Origin: Brevibacterium luteolum
Lineage (GTDB): Bacteria; Actinomycetota; Actinomycetes; Actinomycetales; Brevibacteriaceae
NCBI RefSeq assembly: GCF_013004595.1
Contig: NZ_JABEMC010000001.1
Span: forward strand, 372,001-436,000
Direction of reading: 5' to 3'
Length of the DNA: 64,000 nt
Shown here in pieces: positions 1 through 19,232 of the stretch. Every line of letters begins with the position of its first letter. The first letter of the stretch is position 1. A program made the position numbers and the translations under genes. The notes below the pieces were generated by a model. The model saw only the letters and a list, made by a program, of their open reading frames with translations, was not told the DNA's origin and made no database searches.

Positions 1-193
1 CGTCCCGGCCGGGCGTCCTGTGCTGTGCGAGCACGGTGGTGAAGACGTCGAGGATGCCGGCGGCCTGAGCGGGGCCAGCGCCGGTGTCGATGATGACGGC
101 GCGCTCGGTGCCGATGATGAGATAGGAGTTGAGCGCAGCCGGGTCGGAGGTGTGGACGAAGATCGCCGGGGCCGGCAGGGAAGGCGCAGACAT
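1..193 (-). CDS. MBL-fold metallo-hydrolase, N-terminal part only (runs off the window edge)
   Basis: Manual translation from ATG at 193: MSAPSLPAPAIFVHTSDPAALNSYLIIGTERAVIIDTGAGP..., resembling the NSYL...IDTG start of metallo-beta-lactamase folds; TAGTCT -10 box 6 nt upstream; not in the ORF track. Confidence 0.65.
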   Translation of the reverse strand, partial: MSAPSLPAPAIFVHTSDPAALNSYLIIGTERAVIIDTGAGPAQAAGILDVFTTVLAQHRTPGRD

Positions 194-268
194 GGCCGCA
201 GACTATCACCGGCTCACCAGGGCAGATGGGGCAGCAGAGGCGAAAACTCAGCACTCTACCACACCGGC

Positions 269-297
269 TTGCCACATGGGGATGCGGCGACTATGCT
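269..297 (+). promoter_or_regulatory. Putative sigma-A promoter of rpoBC
   Basis: TTGCCA (269-274), 17-nt spacer, TATGCT (292-297). Confidence 0.65.
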
Positions 298-506
298 GGT
301 CCTTTGCGTTGCTTTGTCTTTGTGGTGCCTTCATATAGCGGTGGGCTCACGCACAGCGCCTGACGGAATCGGGGCCAGCCGACCCTCATTCACCCGGGAC
401 TCTACCAGCCACTGCGAGCTGTGTCCGGTGTGTGCGGCGGCGCGTCTCCTCTCCTTCTCAGGCAGGCGAAGCGAACTGACCAGGTGAACCACTCGGAAGG
501 ATCCCA

Positions 507-3992
<3,486 letters not shown>

Positions 3993-4089
3993 TCGCCCCT
4001 GCCGGCCCCGCGCGGGCCGGCAGGCACAAGCCTGAGTATTCGAGAATTCCGACAGCTGTCCGTCAGCTGTCAAGAGAAAGAGGATTTAC

Positions 4090-7962
<3,873 letters not shown>

Positions 7963-8003
7963 TGACGTGATCGGCAGCCCACGGCTGCAGGCCTGAACCG
8001 CAC

Positions 8004-8035
8004 GGGGCGGGGACAGCACACGCTGTCCCCGCTCC
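8004..8035 (+). terminator. Probable hairpin terminator after rpoC
   Basis: Inverted repeat GGGGCGGGGACAGC-acac-GCTGTCCCCGCTCC downstream of the stop; no U tract. Confidence 0.55.
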
Positions 8036-8355
8036 GTCGGCATTCACCTCCGGTTCCCCACAGCCGGCAGCATCTGTGCACATCCCTGTGGACAGTGCGC
8101 ATCATGTCTGGTCTCACGCGGTTTTCGGCCCCGTTCCCGAGGCGGGAGTCACCATTGCCGGTTGTCACGGCCTACGTGTCGGTAACCCGCCTGCATGCTT
8201 TGCGTGACAGGGGAGGGCGGGGAGCGCGACGGTTGCGTAACGGGGCGTGAGTAACCTCCTGCACATCTGTGGATATACCTGTGGACAGATCGCGGCTTTT
8301 CCACAGACCGCGGCTGCCTCTGGCCATCGTGGGCCGTGGGCAGCAGGGTGGCGGC

Positions 8356-9222
8356 ATGGATACGACAACACTGCTCCGTAGTCGGGAGCCGACAGCGATC
8401 ACGCACACTGCAGCAGCAGTGCTGCCCGCGCCCCTCCCGCCCCTGGCGCCCTCGGACGTCATCTCGCACGAGACCGCCGCACGCCTGCACGGCATGCCTG
8501 TCCTCGGAGCCGTCGACGAGGCGCCGATGCATGTCTCGCATCCGCGCAAGGGGGCGGAATCGGCGCTCCTGCGGCGCTGGCGCAACCCGGTGCTGCCTGC
8601 CGACCGCCTGACGATCGGCGACCTGCAGATCACCAGCCCGGCCCGCACGGTCATCGATATGGCCCGCGACGTCGGGGTCATCGCAGGGGTGCTGGCCGCT
8701 GACCATCTGCTGCGCGGTGCGCACGACCGGGAGCACACCCGGCGAGAGCTGCACACCGTGGCCGACACGCAGCAGCGGCGCAACCGCTTCGCCCAGGTCC
8801 GGACGGTGCTCCAAGCCGCCACCGGCGAGGCGGTGACACCGGCTGAATCGGTGCTGCTCGCCGTGCTGCGCGGTCTGGGAATCACCGGCTTCCGGCAGCA
8901 TGTCGTACTGCCGGGGGCCGAAGAGCCGGCCGAGGGAGCGGCAGTGTCGTTCCTGTTTCCCCGCCTGCGTGTCGTCGTCGATGTCTGCCGGGCAGGGGAG
9001 AGTATGCAGGTGCTCGAATCCGCCCATGAGTCGATCAGCGCACTCGGCTACGAGGTTGTGGCCTTCGATGCGCAGGAGCTGCTGGCTCTGGCAGCAGACC
9101 CCACGTCAGCCGGCCAGCTGCAGGATCGGGTGGCCGCACGACTGGCGCCCACCCTGCTGGCGGACGAATTCAGCCGAGCAGCACCTGGACTTCATCCCAC
9201 CTGTGCTGCGGGACGAACTTGA
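8356..9222 (+). CDS. AbiEi-antitoxin/DUF559-like hypothetical protein, apparently degenerate
   Basis: Motifs ISHETAARLHG, ITSPARTVIDMAR and ES-(V)LL typical of the actinobacterial AbiEi/DUF559-associated family; start uncertain (8269 or 8356); 3' end overlaps pfkA. Confidence 0.55.
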   Translation: MDTTTLLRSREPTAITHTAAAVLPAPLPPLAPSDVISHETAARLHGMPVLGAVDEAPMHVSHPRKGAESALLRRWRNPVLPADRLTIGDLQITSPARTVIDMARDVGVIAGVLAADHLLRGAHDREHTRRELHTVADTQQRRNRFAQVRTVLQAATGEAVTPAESVLLAVLRGLGITGFRQHVVLPGAEEPAEGAAVSFLFPRLRVVVDVCRAGESMQVLESAHESISALGYEVVAFDAQELLALAADPTSAGQLQDRVAARLAPTLLADEFSRAAPGLHPTCAAGRT

Positions 9223-10195
9223 GCCGGTCAACGGCCTCGGCCATCGGCACCCGGATGATGTCGGTGCCGGTCAGGCTGGCCATCTGACCCCAGTCGGCGT
9301 CGTGGCACAGATCGACAGCCGCCATCCCGAGCCGGGTGGCGAGCACCCGGTCATAGGCCGTCGGGGAGCCCCCGCGCTGCAGGTGGCCGAGCGTCACCGC
9401 CCGGGTCTCCAGACCGGTGCGCTCTTCGATGATCGGGGCGAGGTGGTTGCCGATGCCGCCCAGACGCACCCGCCCGTGCTTGTCGAGACCGGCATCTGAG
9501 ACCTGGTCGTCGAGGCCCTCGGGCACGAAGCCCTCCGCCACGACGACGAGCGGGGCGCGGCCGCGATCCCACGCTGAGCGCACCCAATCGCAGATCTGCT
9601 CATAGCCGACCGGGAACTCCGGGATGAGGATGGCATGAGCGCCGCCGGCCATGCCCGACTGCAGCGCGATCCAGCCGACATTGCGGCCCATGACCTCGAG
9701 CACCATGCAACGGTGATGGCTTTCGGCCGTCGTGCGCAGCCGGTCGATCGCCTCAGTGGCGATCTCCTGGGCGGTGTCGAAGCCGAAGGTGTAGTCGGTG
9801 TTGTCCAGATCGTTGTCGATCGTCTTCGGCACGCCGACGACCGGCAGCCCCTCGTCATCAGCCAGTCGCGAGGCGCCGGCAAGCGTGCCCTCGCCGCCGA
9901 TCGCGATGACGGCGTCGATGCCGCGCGCGGCCATCACCTCGCGCATCTTCTCCGGCCCGCCGCCTGAGTACGGGTGCGTGCGCGAGGTCCCGAGAATGGT
10001 GCCGCCGCGGGCGCCGATGCCGCGGACGTCGACCATATGCAGCGGATGGATATCGTCTTCGAGCAGCCCGCGCCAGCCGTCCCGGATTGCGGAGAAGCTG
10101 TAGCCGTACTGGCGGATGCCCTTGCGCACCGCCCCGCGGATGACAGCGTTGAGTCCGGGGCAGTCGCCGCCGGAGGTCAGAATGCCGATGTTCAC
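9170..10195 (-). CDS. pfkA: 6-phosphofructokinase
   Basis: 341 aa; TSGGDCPGLN, GGEGT, PKTIDND, EVMGR motifs. Confidence 0.95.
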   Translation of the reverse strand: MNIGILTSGGDCPGLNAVIRGAVRKGIRQYGYSFSAIRDGWRGLLEDDIHPLHMVDVRGIGARGGTILGTSRTHPYSGGGPEKMREVMAARGIDAVIAIGGEGTLAGASRLADDEGLPVVGVPKTIDNDLDNTDYTFGFDTAQEIATEAIDRLRTTAESHHRCMVLEVMGRNVGWIALQSGMAGGAHAILIPEFPVGYEQICDWVRSAWDRGRAPLVVVAEGFVPEGLDDQVSDAGLDKHGRVRLGGIGNHLAPIIEERTGLETRAVTLGHLQRGGSPTAYDRVLATRLGMAAVDLCHDADWGQMASLTGTDIIRVPMAEAVDRLKFVPQHRWDEVQVLLG

Positions 10196-10251
10196 TGCAG
10201 GTCCTCTCGGGTCGGTGTCAGGTTCAAGGTCAGGTCGGTTCCCGGGAGCGC

Positions 10252-10935
10252 TCAGCGGTCCTCGGGAGTCCAGTTCGGGTCGAGCTTGACGTCGTGGCCG
10301 GCCATGAGGTTGAAGCCGTCGAGGATGAGCGTGCCGTTGGAGCCGTCTCCGTTGGCGTTGCGGGCGATGTCGTTGCCGGCGAGGAAGTTGACGGTGTTGT
10401 CGATGACCTTGACGCCGGCCGGCACGTAGATGTCATGTCCGGCCATCACCGCGACGTTCGTGAGCCTGAGCTCCACGCCGGGGCCCATCACCTCGTGCAG
10501 GTAGATCTCGCTGCCGCCCATGAGCGCATACGTCTCGACCTTCGAGGTGCCGGCGACGATCGTCTTCGCGGAGCCGCCGAGGACTGCGATGTCGTAGACG
10601 GGTTTGCCGGTGCCGGGCGTGGCTGGCGGAATGTGCTTGCGGCGGTGCGACAGCGCCGTGCCCGAGGTGCCGTGCCCGAGGTCGATTCCGGCCTCGGCGC
10701 GCAGCCGGGCCACCAGCTCATCGCCTTCGGGCAGGTCGTCGATGAGCTCGGGGAGTTCGGCGAGGAACTTCGTTGCCATCGTCGCCTCCTGCCGCTCATC
10801 GAGCTCCGTGGGGTCGAGGCGACCGGAGGCGTGGGCGGAGGAGAGGACGTCGAGGACGGCGTCGCGGTCCTGATCGCTGGCGCGTAGCTTGCGGGGCCGG
10901 TCGCTGTCGCCGGCGCTGGGTACGAGGTCGGACAT
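10252..10935 (-). CDS. DUF1707 (SHOCT-like) domain protein with LiaF-like C-terminal beta domain
   Basis: LRASDQDRDAV...GRLDPTELDER DUF1707 signature; TATGCT 6 nt before ATG (leaderless). Confidence 0.75.
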   Translation of the reverse strand: MSDLVPSAGDSDRPRKLRASDQDRDAVLDVLSSAHASGRLDPTELDERQEATMATKFLAELPELIDDLPEGDELVARLRAEAGIDLGHGTSGTALSHRRKHIPPATPGTGKPVYDIAVLGGSAKTIVAGTSKVETYALMGGSEIYLHEVMGPGVELRLTNVAVMAGHDIYVPAGVKVIDNTVNFLAGNDIARNANGDGSNGTLILDGFNLMAGHDVKLDPNWTPEDR

Positions 10936-11067
10936 GTGCCCAGCATAGCCAAGCCCGGCGAACGGAACGTGACCTGTGTGTGACGCCGGGGAACGCAGTG
11001 TCTGTGGCGCGGCCCACCGCCGCAGTCAACGCGGATTCCCTGCGCGGAACCCGGCGCTGAAGTCGTT

Positions 11068-11097
11068 TTGACCGGCGGCGCCGCCACCGTTTAGGCT
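11068..11097 (+). promoter_or_regulatory. Putative promoter of the str operon
   Basis: TTGACC, 18-nt spacer, TAGGCT, about 330 nt upstream of rpsL. Confidence 0.45.
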
Positions 11098-11430
11098 GTA
11101 CTGTGACTGATTGTGATCAGATCGTGTCCGCATGCGCGCACGAGGCTGTGTCGCCCGCTCCGCACCGGGTGACGAAGAGCAGCCGCGGGCGGCGTCATGC
11201 AGGCCGCAAGGCCCCATCGGTTCTCTGACTGGCTGTTTCGGCAGCTCGACAAGGGCGCCCTGCCATCATGGCACATCCGGTTCCGGATGCAGCGGGGACT
11301 CGCGGGGACTGGGGACGGGCAGGCAGCTTCACCCGCTCCCAGCAGGACATGTCCGAGGGTGCGGACGGCACAGCAGGCGCTGTGATCGCCATCGGACTTA
11401 GGTATATCGAGAAGCATCGGAGAATATTCA

Positions 11431-11804
<374 letters not shown>

Positions 11805-11805
<1 letters not shown>

Positions 11806-12275
11806 TGCCACGTAAGGGTCCCGCCCCCAAGCGACCGGTCGGCATCGATCCGGTCTACCACTCGCCGCTGGTCACCCAGCTCATCAACAAGGTGCTCCTC
11901 GACGGCAAGCGCTCCACCGCTGAGCGCATCGTCTACAGCGCCCTCGAAGCCGCCGCTGAGAAGGCCAACACCGACGCGGTTTCGCTGCTCAAGAAGGCCC
12001 TGGACAACATCCGCCCGGCGCTCGAGGTCCGCTCGCGCCGTGTCGGCGGTGCGACCTACCAGGTGCCGGTCGAGGTGCGTGCAGCGCGCTCGACCACCCT
12101 CGCTCTGCGGTGGCTCGTCGGCTTCGCTCGTCAGCGCCGTGAAAAGACCATGACCGATCGCCTCCAGAACGAGATTTTGGATGCGAGCAACGGTCTGGGC
12201 GCCGCTGTGAAGCGCCGCGAGGACATGCACAAGATGGCCGAGTCCAACAAGGCCTTCGCCCACTACCGCTGGTAA
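11805..12275 (+). CDS. rpsG: 30S ribosomal protein S7
   Basis: ATG overlapping rps[14 protein letters not shown]...[11 protein letters not shown]...AFAHYRW (C-terminal part of ORF 11268..12275). Confidence 0.98.
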
Positions 12276-12347
12276 GCGACGCTGGGCCGGACCGGCTCGA
12301 CCCGGTCCGGCCTGCTGTCCAACTCAACGAGACGGAAGAGAGACACC

Positions 12348-14453
12348 GTGGCACTCGACGTGCTGACTGACCTCAAGAAGGTCCGCAACATCGGCATCAT
12401 GGCTCACATCGATGCCGGTAAGACCACCACCACCGAACGCATCCTGTTCTACACCGGTGTGAACTACAAGCTCGGCGAGACCCACGACGGCGCCTCGACG
12501 ATGGACTGGATGGAGCAGGAGCAGGAGCGTGGCATCACGATCACCTCGGCTGCCACCACCTGCTACTGGGAAGACAACCAGATCAACATCATCGACACCC
12601 CGGGCCACGTCGACTTCACCGTCGAGGTGGAGCGCTCGCTGCGCGTGCTCGACGGTGCCGTTGCCGTGTTCGACGGCAAGGAAGGCGTTGAGCCGCAGTC
12701 CGAGACCGTGTGGCGTCAGGCTGACAAGTACGACGTTCCGCGCGTGTGCTTCGTCAACAAGATGGACAAGCTCGGTGCTGACTTCGACTTCACCGTCAAG
12801 ACCATCCGTGAGCGCCTCGGCGCCAAGCCGCTGGTCATCCAGCTGCCGATCGGTGCTGAGTCCGACTTCCGTGCTGTCATCGACCTCGTTGAGATGAAGG
12901 CCTGGGAATGGCCCGACGAGTCGAAGATGGGCCAGGACATGGTCGAGATCGAGATCCCCGAGGAGCTCAAGGCACGCGCCGAGGAGATGCGCGCCAACCT
13001 CATGGAGGATGTCGCTGAGGCCAGCGAAGAGCTCATGGACAGGTACCTCGAAGAGGGCGAGCTCACCATCGACGAGCTCAAGGCCGGCATCCGCCAGCTG
13101 ACCATCTCCTCTGAGGCGTTCCCGGTGATGTGCGGTTCGGCGTTCAAGAACAAGGGCATCCAGCTCGTGCTCAACGCCGTCATCGACTACCTCCCGAGCC
13201 CGCTCGACGTCCCGGCTGTCGAAGGCTATGCCCCCGGCAAGGAGGACGAGGTCGTCACCCGCGAACCGCGCAAGGACGGACCGTTCGCCGGTCTGGCCTT
13301 CAAGGTCGCCAGCCACCCGTTCTTCGGAACGCTGACCTACGTCCGCGTGTACTCCGGAACCGTGAAGTCGGGTGAGCAGGTGCTCAACACGACCAGCGGC
13401 AAGAAGGAGCGCGTCGGCAAGATGTTCCAGATGCACTCGAACAAGGAGAACCCTGTCGAGGAAGCAGTCGCCGGACACATCTACGCCTTCATCGGCCTCA
13501 AGGAGACCACCACCGGCGACACCCTGTGCGACCCGCAGCAGCCGGTCGTGCTCGAGTCGATGTCCTTCCCGGAGCCCGTCATCTTCGTCTCCATCGAGCC
13601 GAAGACCAAGGGCGACCAGGAGAAGCTCTCGACCGCCATCCAGAAGCTGGTCAAGGAGGATCCGACCTTCACCGTCAACCTCAACGAGGAGACGGGCCAG
13701 ACCGAGATCGGCGGCATGGGCGAGCTGCACCTCGATGTGTTCGTCGACCGTATGAAGCGCGAATTCAAGGTCGAGGCCAACATCGGCAAGCCGCAGGTCG
13801 CCTACCGCGAGACCATCCGCCGCAAGGTGGAAAAGGCTGACTACACGCACAAGAAGCAGACTGGCGGTTCCGGCCAGTTCGCCAAGGTGCAGGTCACCAT
13901 TGAGCCCATGGAGGTCACTGGCGACCAGATCTACGAATTCGAGAATGCCATCACCGGCGGCCGCGTGCCGCGCGAGTACATCCCGAGCGTCGACCAGGGC
14001 ATCCAGGATGCCATGCAGATGGGCGTGCTGGCCGGCTACCCGCTGGTCGGCATCAAGGCCACCCTTGTGGACGGCCAGTACCACGATGTCGACTCCTCGG
14101 AGATGGCGTTCAAGATCGCCGGCTCGATGGTCCTCAAGGAGGCCGTCCAGAAGGCGAGCCCGGCTCTGCTCGAACCGCTCATGGAGGTCGAGGTGCGCAC
14201 CCCGGAGGAGTACATGGGTGACGTCATCGGCGACCTGAACTCGCGGCGCGGACAGATCCAGTCGATGGAGGATGCCACAGGCGTTAAGGTTGTCCGTGCG
14301 CATGTTCCGCTGTCGGAGATGTTCGGCTACATCGGCGACCTGCGGTCGAAGACCCAGGGTCGTGCCATGTACTCGATGCAGTTCCATAGCTATGCGGAGG
14401 TCCCGAAGGCTGTCGCCGACGAGATCATCCAGAAGACCCGCGGCGAAGAGTAA
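12348..14453 (+). CDS. fusA: Elongation factor G
   Basis: 701 aa; [23 protein letters not shown]. Confidence 0.99.
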   Translation: MALDVLTDLKKVRNIGIMAHIDAGKTTTTERILFYTGVNYKLGETHDGASTMDWMEQEQERGITITSAATTCYWEDNQINIIDTPGHVDFTVEVERSLRVLDGAVAVFDGKEGVEPQSETVWRQADKYDVPRVCFVNKMDKLGADFDFTVKTIRERLGAKPLVIQLPIGAESDFRAVIDLVEMKAWEWPDESKMGQDMVEIEIPEELKARAEEMRANLMEDVAEASEELMDRYLEEGELTIDELKAGIRQLTISSEAFPVMCGSAFKNKGIQLVLNAVIDYLPSPLDVPAVEGYAPGKEDEVVTREPRKDGPFAGLAFKVASHPFFGTLTYVRVYSGTVKSGEQVLNTTSGKKERVGKMFQMHSNKENPVEEAVAGHIYAFIGLKETTTGDTLCDPQQPVVLESMSFPEPVIFVSIEPKTKGDQEKLSTAIQKLVKEDPTFTVNLNEETGQTEIGGMGELHLDVFVDRMKREFKVEANIGKPQVAYRETIRRKVEKADYTHKKQTGGSGQFAKVQVTIEPMEVTGDQIYEFENAITGGRVPREYIPSVDQGIQDAMQMGVLAGYPLVGIKATLVDGQYHDVDSSEMAFKIAGSMVLKEAVQKASPALLEPLMEVEVRTPEEYMGDVIGDLNSRRGQIQSMEDATGVKVVRAHVPLSEMFGYIGDLRSKTQGRAMYSMQFHSYAEVPKAVADEIIQKTRGEE

Positions 14454-14552
14454 TCTCGCCCGTTGCTGCTGGCGCCAGCCGGCAGCTGTCAACAACAGAA
14501 GAGGCGCGGGACATGGACCGCATGTCCCGAACCAACCACGAGGAGGAACCCA

Positions 14553-15761
<1,209 letters not shown>

Positions 15762-15799
15762 TCACTGATCAGCTGATGTGATCGACACACGATCACACT

Positions 15800-15834
15800 G
15801 AAGCCCCGGGAGTCATTCCGACTCCCGGGGCTTC
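15800..15834 (+). terminator. Terminator hairpin after tuf
   Basis: Perfect 15-bp stem GAAGCCCCGGGAGTC / GACTCCCGGGGCTTC. Confidence 0.8.
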
Positions 15835-16014
15835 GTGCATCCAGCGCCCTCATCTGGTCTTCTGGTCGGCTCTTCCCACGCGTTCGCCGATTCTCCGCTA
15901 AGGTGAGACCAGAATTGTGATGTGTCTTGCAGGATCCCTCAATGCACCGCACAGGGCTGCACGGCACCGGCGAGGTTCGCAAGAACCGCGAGACGGAAGG
16001 CTGGAGGAGCGCTG

Positions 16015-17322
16015 ATGACGGATCCATCCCGCCGCCGCAGGACCCGGCTGCTGGCCGGAGCGGCGATGGCGACAGCGACGCTCATGGCCCTCAGCGGCTG
16101 CGGCACGCAGGAGGACGCGAAGACGCTGACGTGGTACATCGACCCTGACAACGGCGGCAAGGCGGCGATGGCCGAAGCCTGCACCGAGGCCTCCGGGGGC
16201 AAGTACACGATCCAGACCTCGATGCTGCCCAGCGACGCAGCCGGTCAGCGCGAACAGCTCATCCGAAGGCTCGCCTCCAAAGACAACTCGATCGACATCA
16301 TGAGCATCGACACCGTCTACGTGCCCGAGTTCGCCAACGCCGACTTCATCGCCCCGGTGCCCGAGGAGTACGTCGACGAATTCACCGACGACGTCGTCGA
16401 GGCGGCAGTCGAGTCCTCGATGTGGGAGGACCAGCTCGTCGTCGCCCCCGTCCAGGCCAACACCCAGATCCTGTGGTACCGCAAATCCGTCGCCGAGGCG
16501 GCCGGCCTCGACATGTCCAAGCCGGTGACCTGGGATCAGATCATCGAAGCTGCCAAGGACCAGGACAAGGAGATCGGCGCCCAGGGCATCCGCGCCGAAT
16601 CCCTGACCGTGTGGGTCAACGCGCTGTACGAATCCCAGGGCGAGCCGATCGTCAAGGATCCCGAAGCCGAACCCGAGGACACCGAACTCGGACTCGACTC
16701 CCCAGCAGGGGAGAAGGCTGCAGAGATCGTCGACACGATCGGGTCTGAGGGCCTGGGCGGACCGAACTTCTCCAACCTCGACGAGCAGGGCGCTATGCTG
16801 CGCTTCCAAGGGGAGAACGGCGGATTCATGGTCAACTGGCCCTTCGTCTACCCAGCCATGAAGGCCGCCGTCGAGGACGGCAGCCTCGACCAGGAGGTCT
16901 TCGACGACGTCGGCTGGGCGCAGTACCCCGCCGTCGAAGAGGGTACGCCGGGAGCCGCACCGCTCGGCGGCGGCAAGCTCGCCGTCGGCGCGTTCTCCGA
17001 CCACCAGGACGAAGCCTTCGAAGCGATCAGCTGCATCCGCGAGACCCAGAAGCAGTCCGAGTACTACATCACCGACGGACTGCCGCCGGCCACCCGCGCC
17101 GCCTTCGACGATCCGAAGGTGCAGGAGGAGGCCCCGTACTCGGATGCGATCCTCGACTCGCTCGAAGTGGCGAAGTCCCGGCCGATCTCGCCGTACTACA
17201 ACGGCATCACCGGCGGCATCCAGCGATCCTGGCACCCGCCGGCTGACGTCAGCCCCCAGAGCACACCGAAGACCTCAGCCGATCTCATCCTCGAGATCCT
17301 GCGTGGAGAGGCGCTGCTGTGA
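16015..17322 (+). CDS. Sugar ABC transporter substrate-binding lipoprotein (LpqY-like)
   Basis: Basic N-terminus, hydrophobic stretch and LSGC lipobox; GGAGG RBS before ATG 16015; first gene of a permease-permease-ATPase operon. Confidence 0.85.
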   Translation: MTDPSRRRRTRLLAGAAMATATLMALSGCGTQEDAKTLTWYIDPDNGGKAAMAEACTEASGGKYTIQTSMLPSDAAGQREQLIRRLASKDNSIDIMSIDTVYVPEFANADFIAPVPEEYVDEFTDDVVEAAVESSMWEDQLVVAPVQANTQILWYRKSVAEAAGLDMSKPVTWDQIIEAAKDQDKEIGAQGIRAESLTVWVNALYESQGEPIVKDPEAEPEDTELGLDSPAGEKAAEIVDTIGSEGLGGPNFSNLDEQGAMLRFQGENGGFMVNWPFVYPAMKAAVEDGSLDQEVFDDVGWAQYPAVEEGTPGAAPLGGGKLAVGAFSDHQDEAFEAISCIRETQKQSEYYITDGLPPATRAAFDDPKVQEEAPYSDAILDSLEVAKSRPISPYYNGITGGIQRSWHPPADVSPQSTPKTSADLILEILRGEALL

Positions 17323-18305
17323 CCAACGACGACACACACCTGCTCACGACCTCCAAGACCGAGGCGACGGACTCCGCTCCAGGACAGGGCGCCTCGGCGG
17401 CGGGCAAGAAGAAGTCCAAGGCGCACAAGTCCCAGCGAACGAAGGACGAGGCGCGCCTGGGCCTCCTGCTCGCCTGGCCGGCCGGAGCCGTGCTGCTGCT
17501 GGTGACCGGCTACCCGATCCTGCAGGCGGTCTACCAGTCCTTCTTCAACAAGCGGCTGACCGACCCGGACAACGCCTACTTCAACTGGGGCCTGAACTAC
17601 GTCACCGTGCTGACCGACCCGCTGTGGTGGCAGACCCTCGGGTTCACCCTGCTCATCACCGTCTTCACCGTCGCCGTCGAGCTCGTGCTCGGCTTCGCGT
17701 TCGCCGTTGTCATGCTCAACGCGCTCAAGGCCGTCCGTGGGCCGATCCGCACGATCATCCTCATCCCCTACGGCATCATCACCGTCGTCGCGGCGTTCTC
17801 CTGGAAGTACGCCTTCGACCTGGGCACCGGCTTCGTCGGCACCTGGCTGGGGATGGAGAGCTTCGACTGGTTCGGCAACTTCTGGTCCTCCTTCGCCGTC
17901 ATCTCCCTGGCAGAGATCTGGAAGACCACCCCGTTCATCTCACTGCTCATGCTCGCCGGCCTCGCCCAGATCCCCGGCGACATGCTCGAAGCAGCCACCG
18001 TCGACGGCGCCAGCCGCTGGCAGCGCCTCGTGCGGGTGACCCTGCCGAACATGAAGGCCTCGATCATGGTCGCGCTCATGTTCCGCACCCTTGAGGCCTT
18101 CCGCATCTTCGACTCGGTGTTCGTCATGACCGAGGGCGCCAACGGGACGGCCACCGTGTCCTCGCTGGCGTATGACCAGACGATCTCGCAGCTGCAGACC
18201 GGCCTCGGTTCGGCAGTATCCGTGCTGCTGTTCATCGCAGTCGGCCTCATCTGCCTGCTGTTCATCAAGGGCTTCAACGTCAACCTCGGTGCAGGGAAGG
18301 AGTAG
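17319..18305 (+). CDS. Sugar ABC transporter permease (SugA-like)
   Basis: Multiple TM segments, EAA loop EAATVDGASRWQ. Confidence 0.9.
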   Translation: MTNDDTHLLTTSKTEATDSAPGQGASAAGKKKSKAHKSQRTKDEARLGLLLAWPAGAVLLLVTGYPILQAVYQSFFNKRLTDPDNAYFNWGLNYVTVLTDPLWWQTLGFTLLITVFTVAVELVLGFAFAVVMLNALKAVRGPIRTIILIPYGIITVVAAFSWKYAFDLGTGFVGTWLGMESFDWFGNFWSSFAVISLAEIWKTTPFISLLMLAGLAQIPGDMLEAATVDGASRWQRLVRVTLPNMKASIMVALMFRTLEAFRIFDSVFVMTEGANGTATVSSLAYDQTISQLQTGLGSAVSVLLFIAVGLICLLFIKGFNVNLGAGKE

Positions 18306-18308
18306 GAC

Positions 18309-19157
18309 ATGGATTCCGGCAAGAAGACACCGCTGGCGACCTTCGGCTGGATCGCCGCCTTCATCCTCATCGGGCTGTGGGCGCTGTTCCCGGTGGTGTG
18401 GACCCTGTCGCTGTCGCTCAAGAGCTCAGCTGACATCTCCAACCGTCAGTTCTGGCCGACGCAGATCAGCTGGGAGAACTACGACCTCATCATCAACGGG
18501 GCGGCGCGCGACCTGTTCCTGCCGGCGCTGCGCAACTCGATCGCGATCTGCCTCATCGCCACGCTCATCGCCGTCATCCTCTCCACCCTGGCCGCCTACG
18601 CGATCGCCCGGCTGGAATTCCCCGGCAAGCGGTTCGTCCTCTACATGTCACTGGCCGTCACGGTCTTCCCGGTCATCTCGCTCGTCACCCCGCTGTTCAA
18701 CCTGTGGTCGGTCGTCGGGCTCTACGACACCTGGCTCGGCCTCATCATCCCGTACCTGTCGCTGACCCTGCCGATCTCGATCTGGACGCTGACCTCGTTC
18801 TTCCAGCAGATCCCGTGGGAGCTCGAACAGGCCGCCCAGGTCGACGGTGCGAAGTCTTTCCAGGCCTTCCGCAAGGTCATCGTCCCACTGGCTGCCCCCG
18901 GCGTGTTCACGACTGCGATCATCGCGTTCTTCATCGCCTGGAACGACTTCCTCTACGGCATCTCGCTGACCTCGACCTCAGCGGCCCGCCCGGTCCCGGC
19001 GGCGCTGTCGTTCTTCACCGGCGCCAGCCAGTTCGAGGAGCCGGCCGGTGCGATCGCCGCGGCCGCGATCGTCGTGACCATCCCGGTCATCATCATCGTC
19101 CTCGTCTTCCAGCGCCAGATCGTCTCCGGCCTGACCTCGGGTGCGGTGAAGGGATGA
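18309..19157 (+). CDS. Sugar ABC transporter permease (SugB-like)
   Basis: TM segments, EQAAQVDGA loop, C-terminal SGLTSGAVKG. Confidence 0.9.
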   Translation: MDSGKKTPLATFGWIAAFILIGLWALFPVVWTLSLSLKSSADISNRQFWPTQISWENYDLIINGAARDLFLPALRNSIAICLIATLIAVILSTLAAYAIARLEFPGKRFVLYMSLAVTVFPVISLVTPLFNLWSVVGLYDTWLGLIIPYLSLTLPISIWTLTSFFQQIPWELEQAAQVDGAKSFQAFRKVIVPLAAPGVFTTAIIAFFIAWNDFLYGISLTSTSAARPVPAALSFFTGASQFEEPAGAIAAAAIVVTIPVIIIVLVFQRQIVSGLTSGAVKG

Positions 19158-19232
19158 CCCGCACCACCACCTCGGCAGCGGCCGGCGACCGCGCGGCACA
19201 CACAGCTTCGGCACCCCATTCAGGAGATCAAG

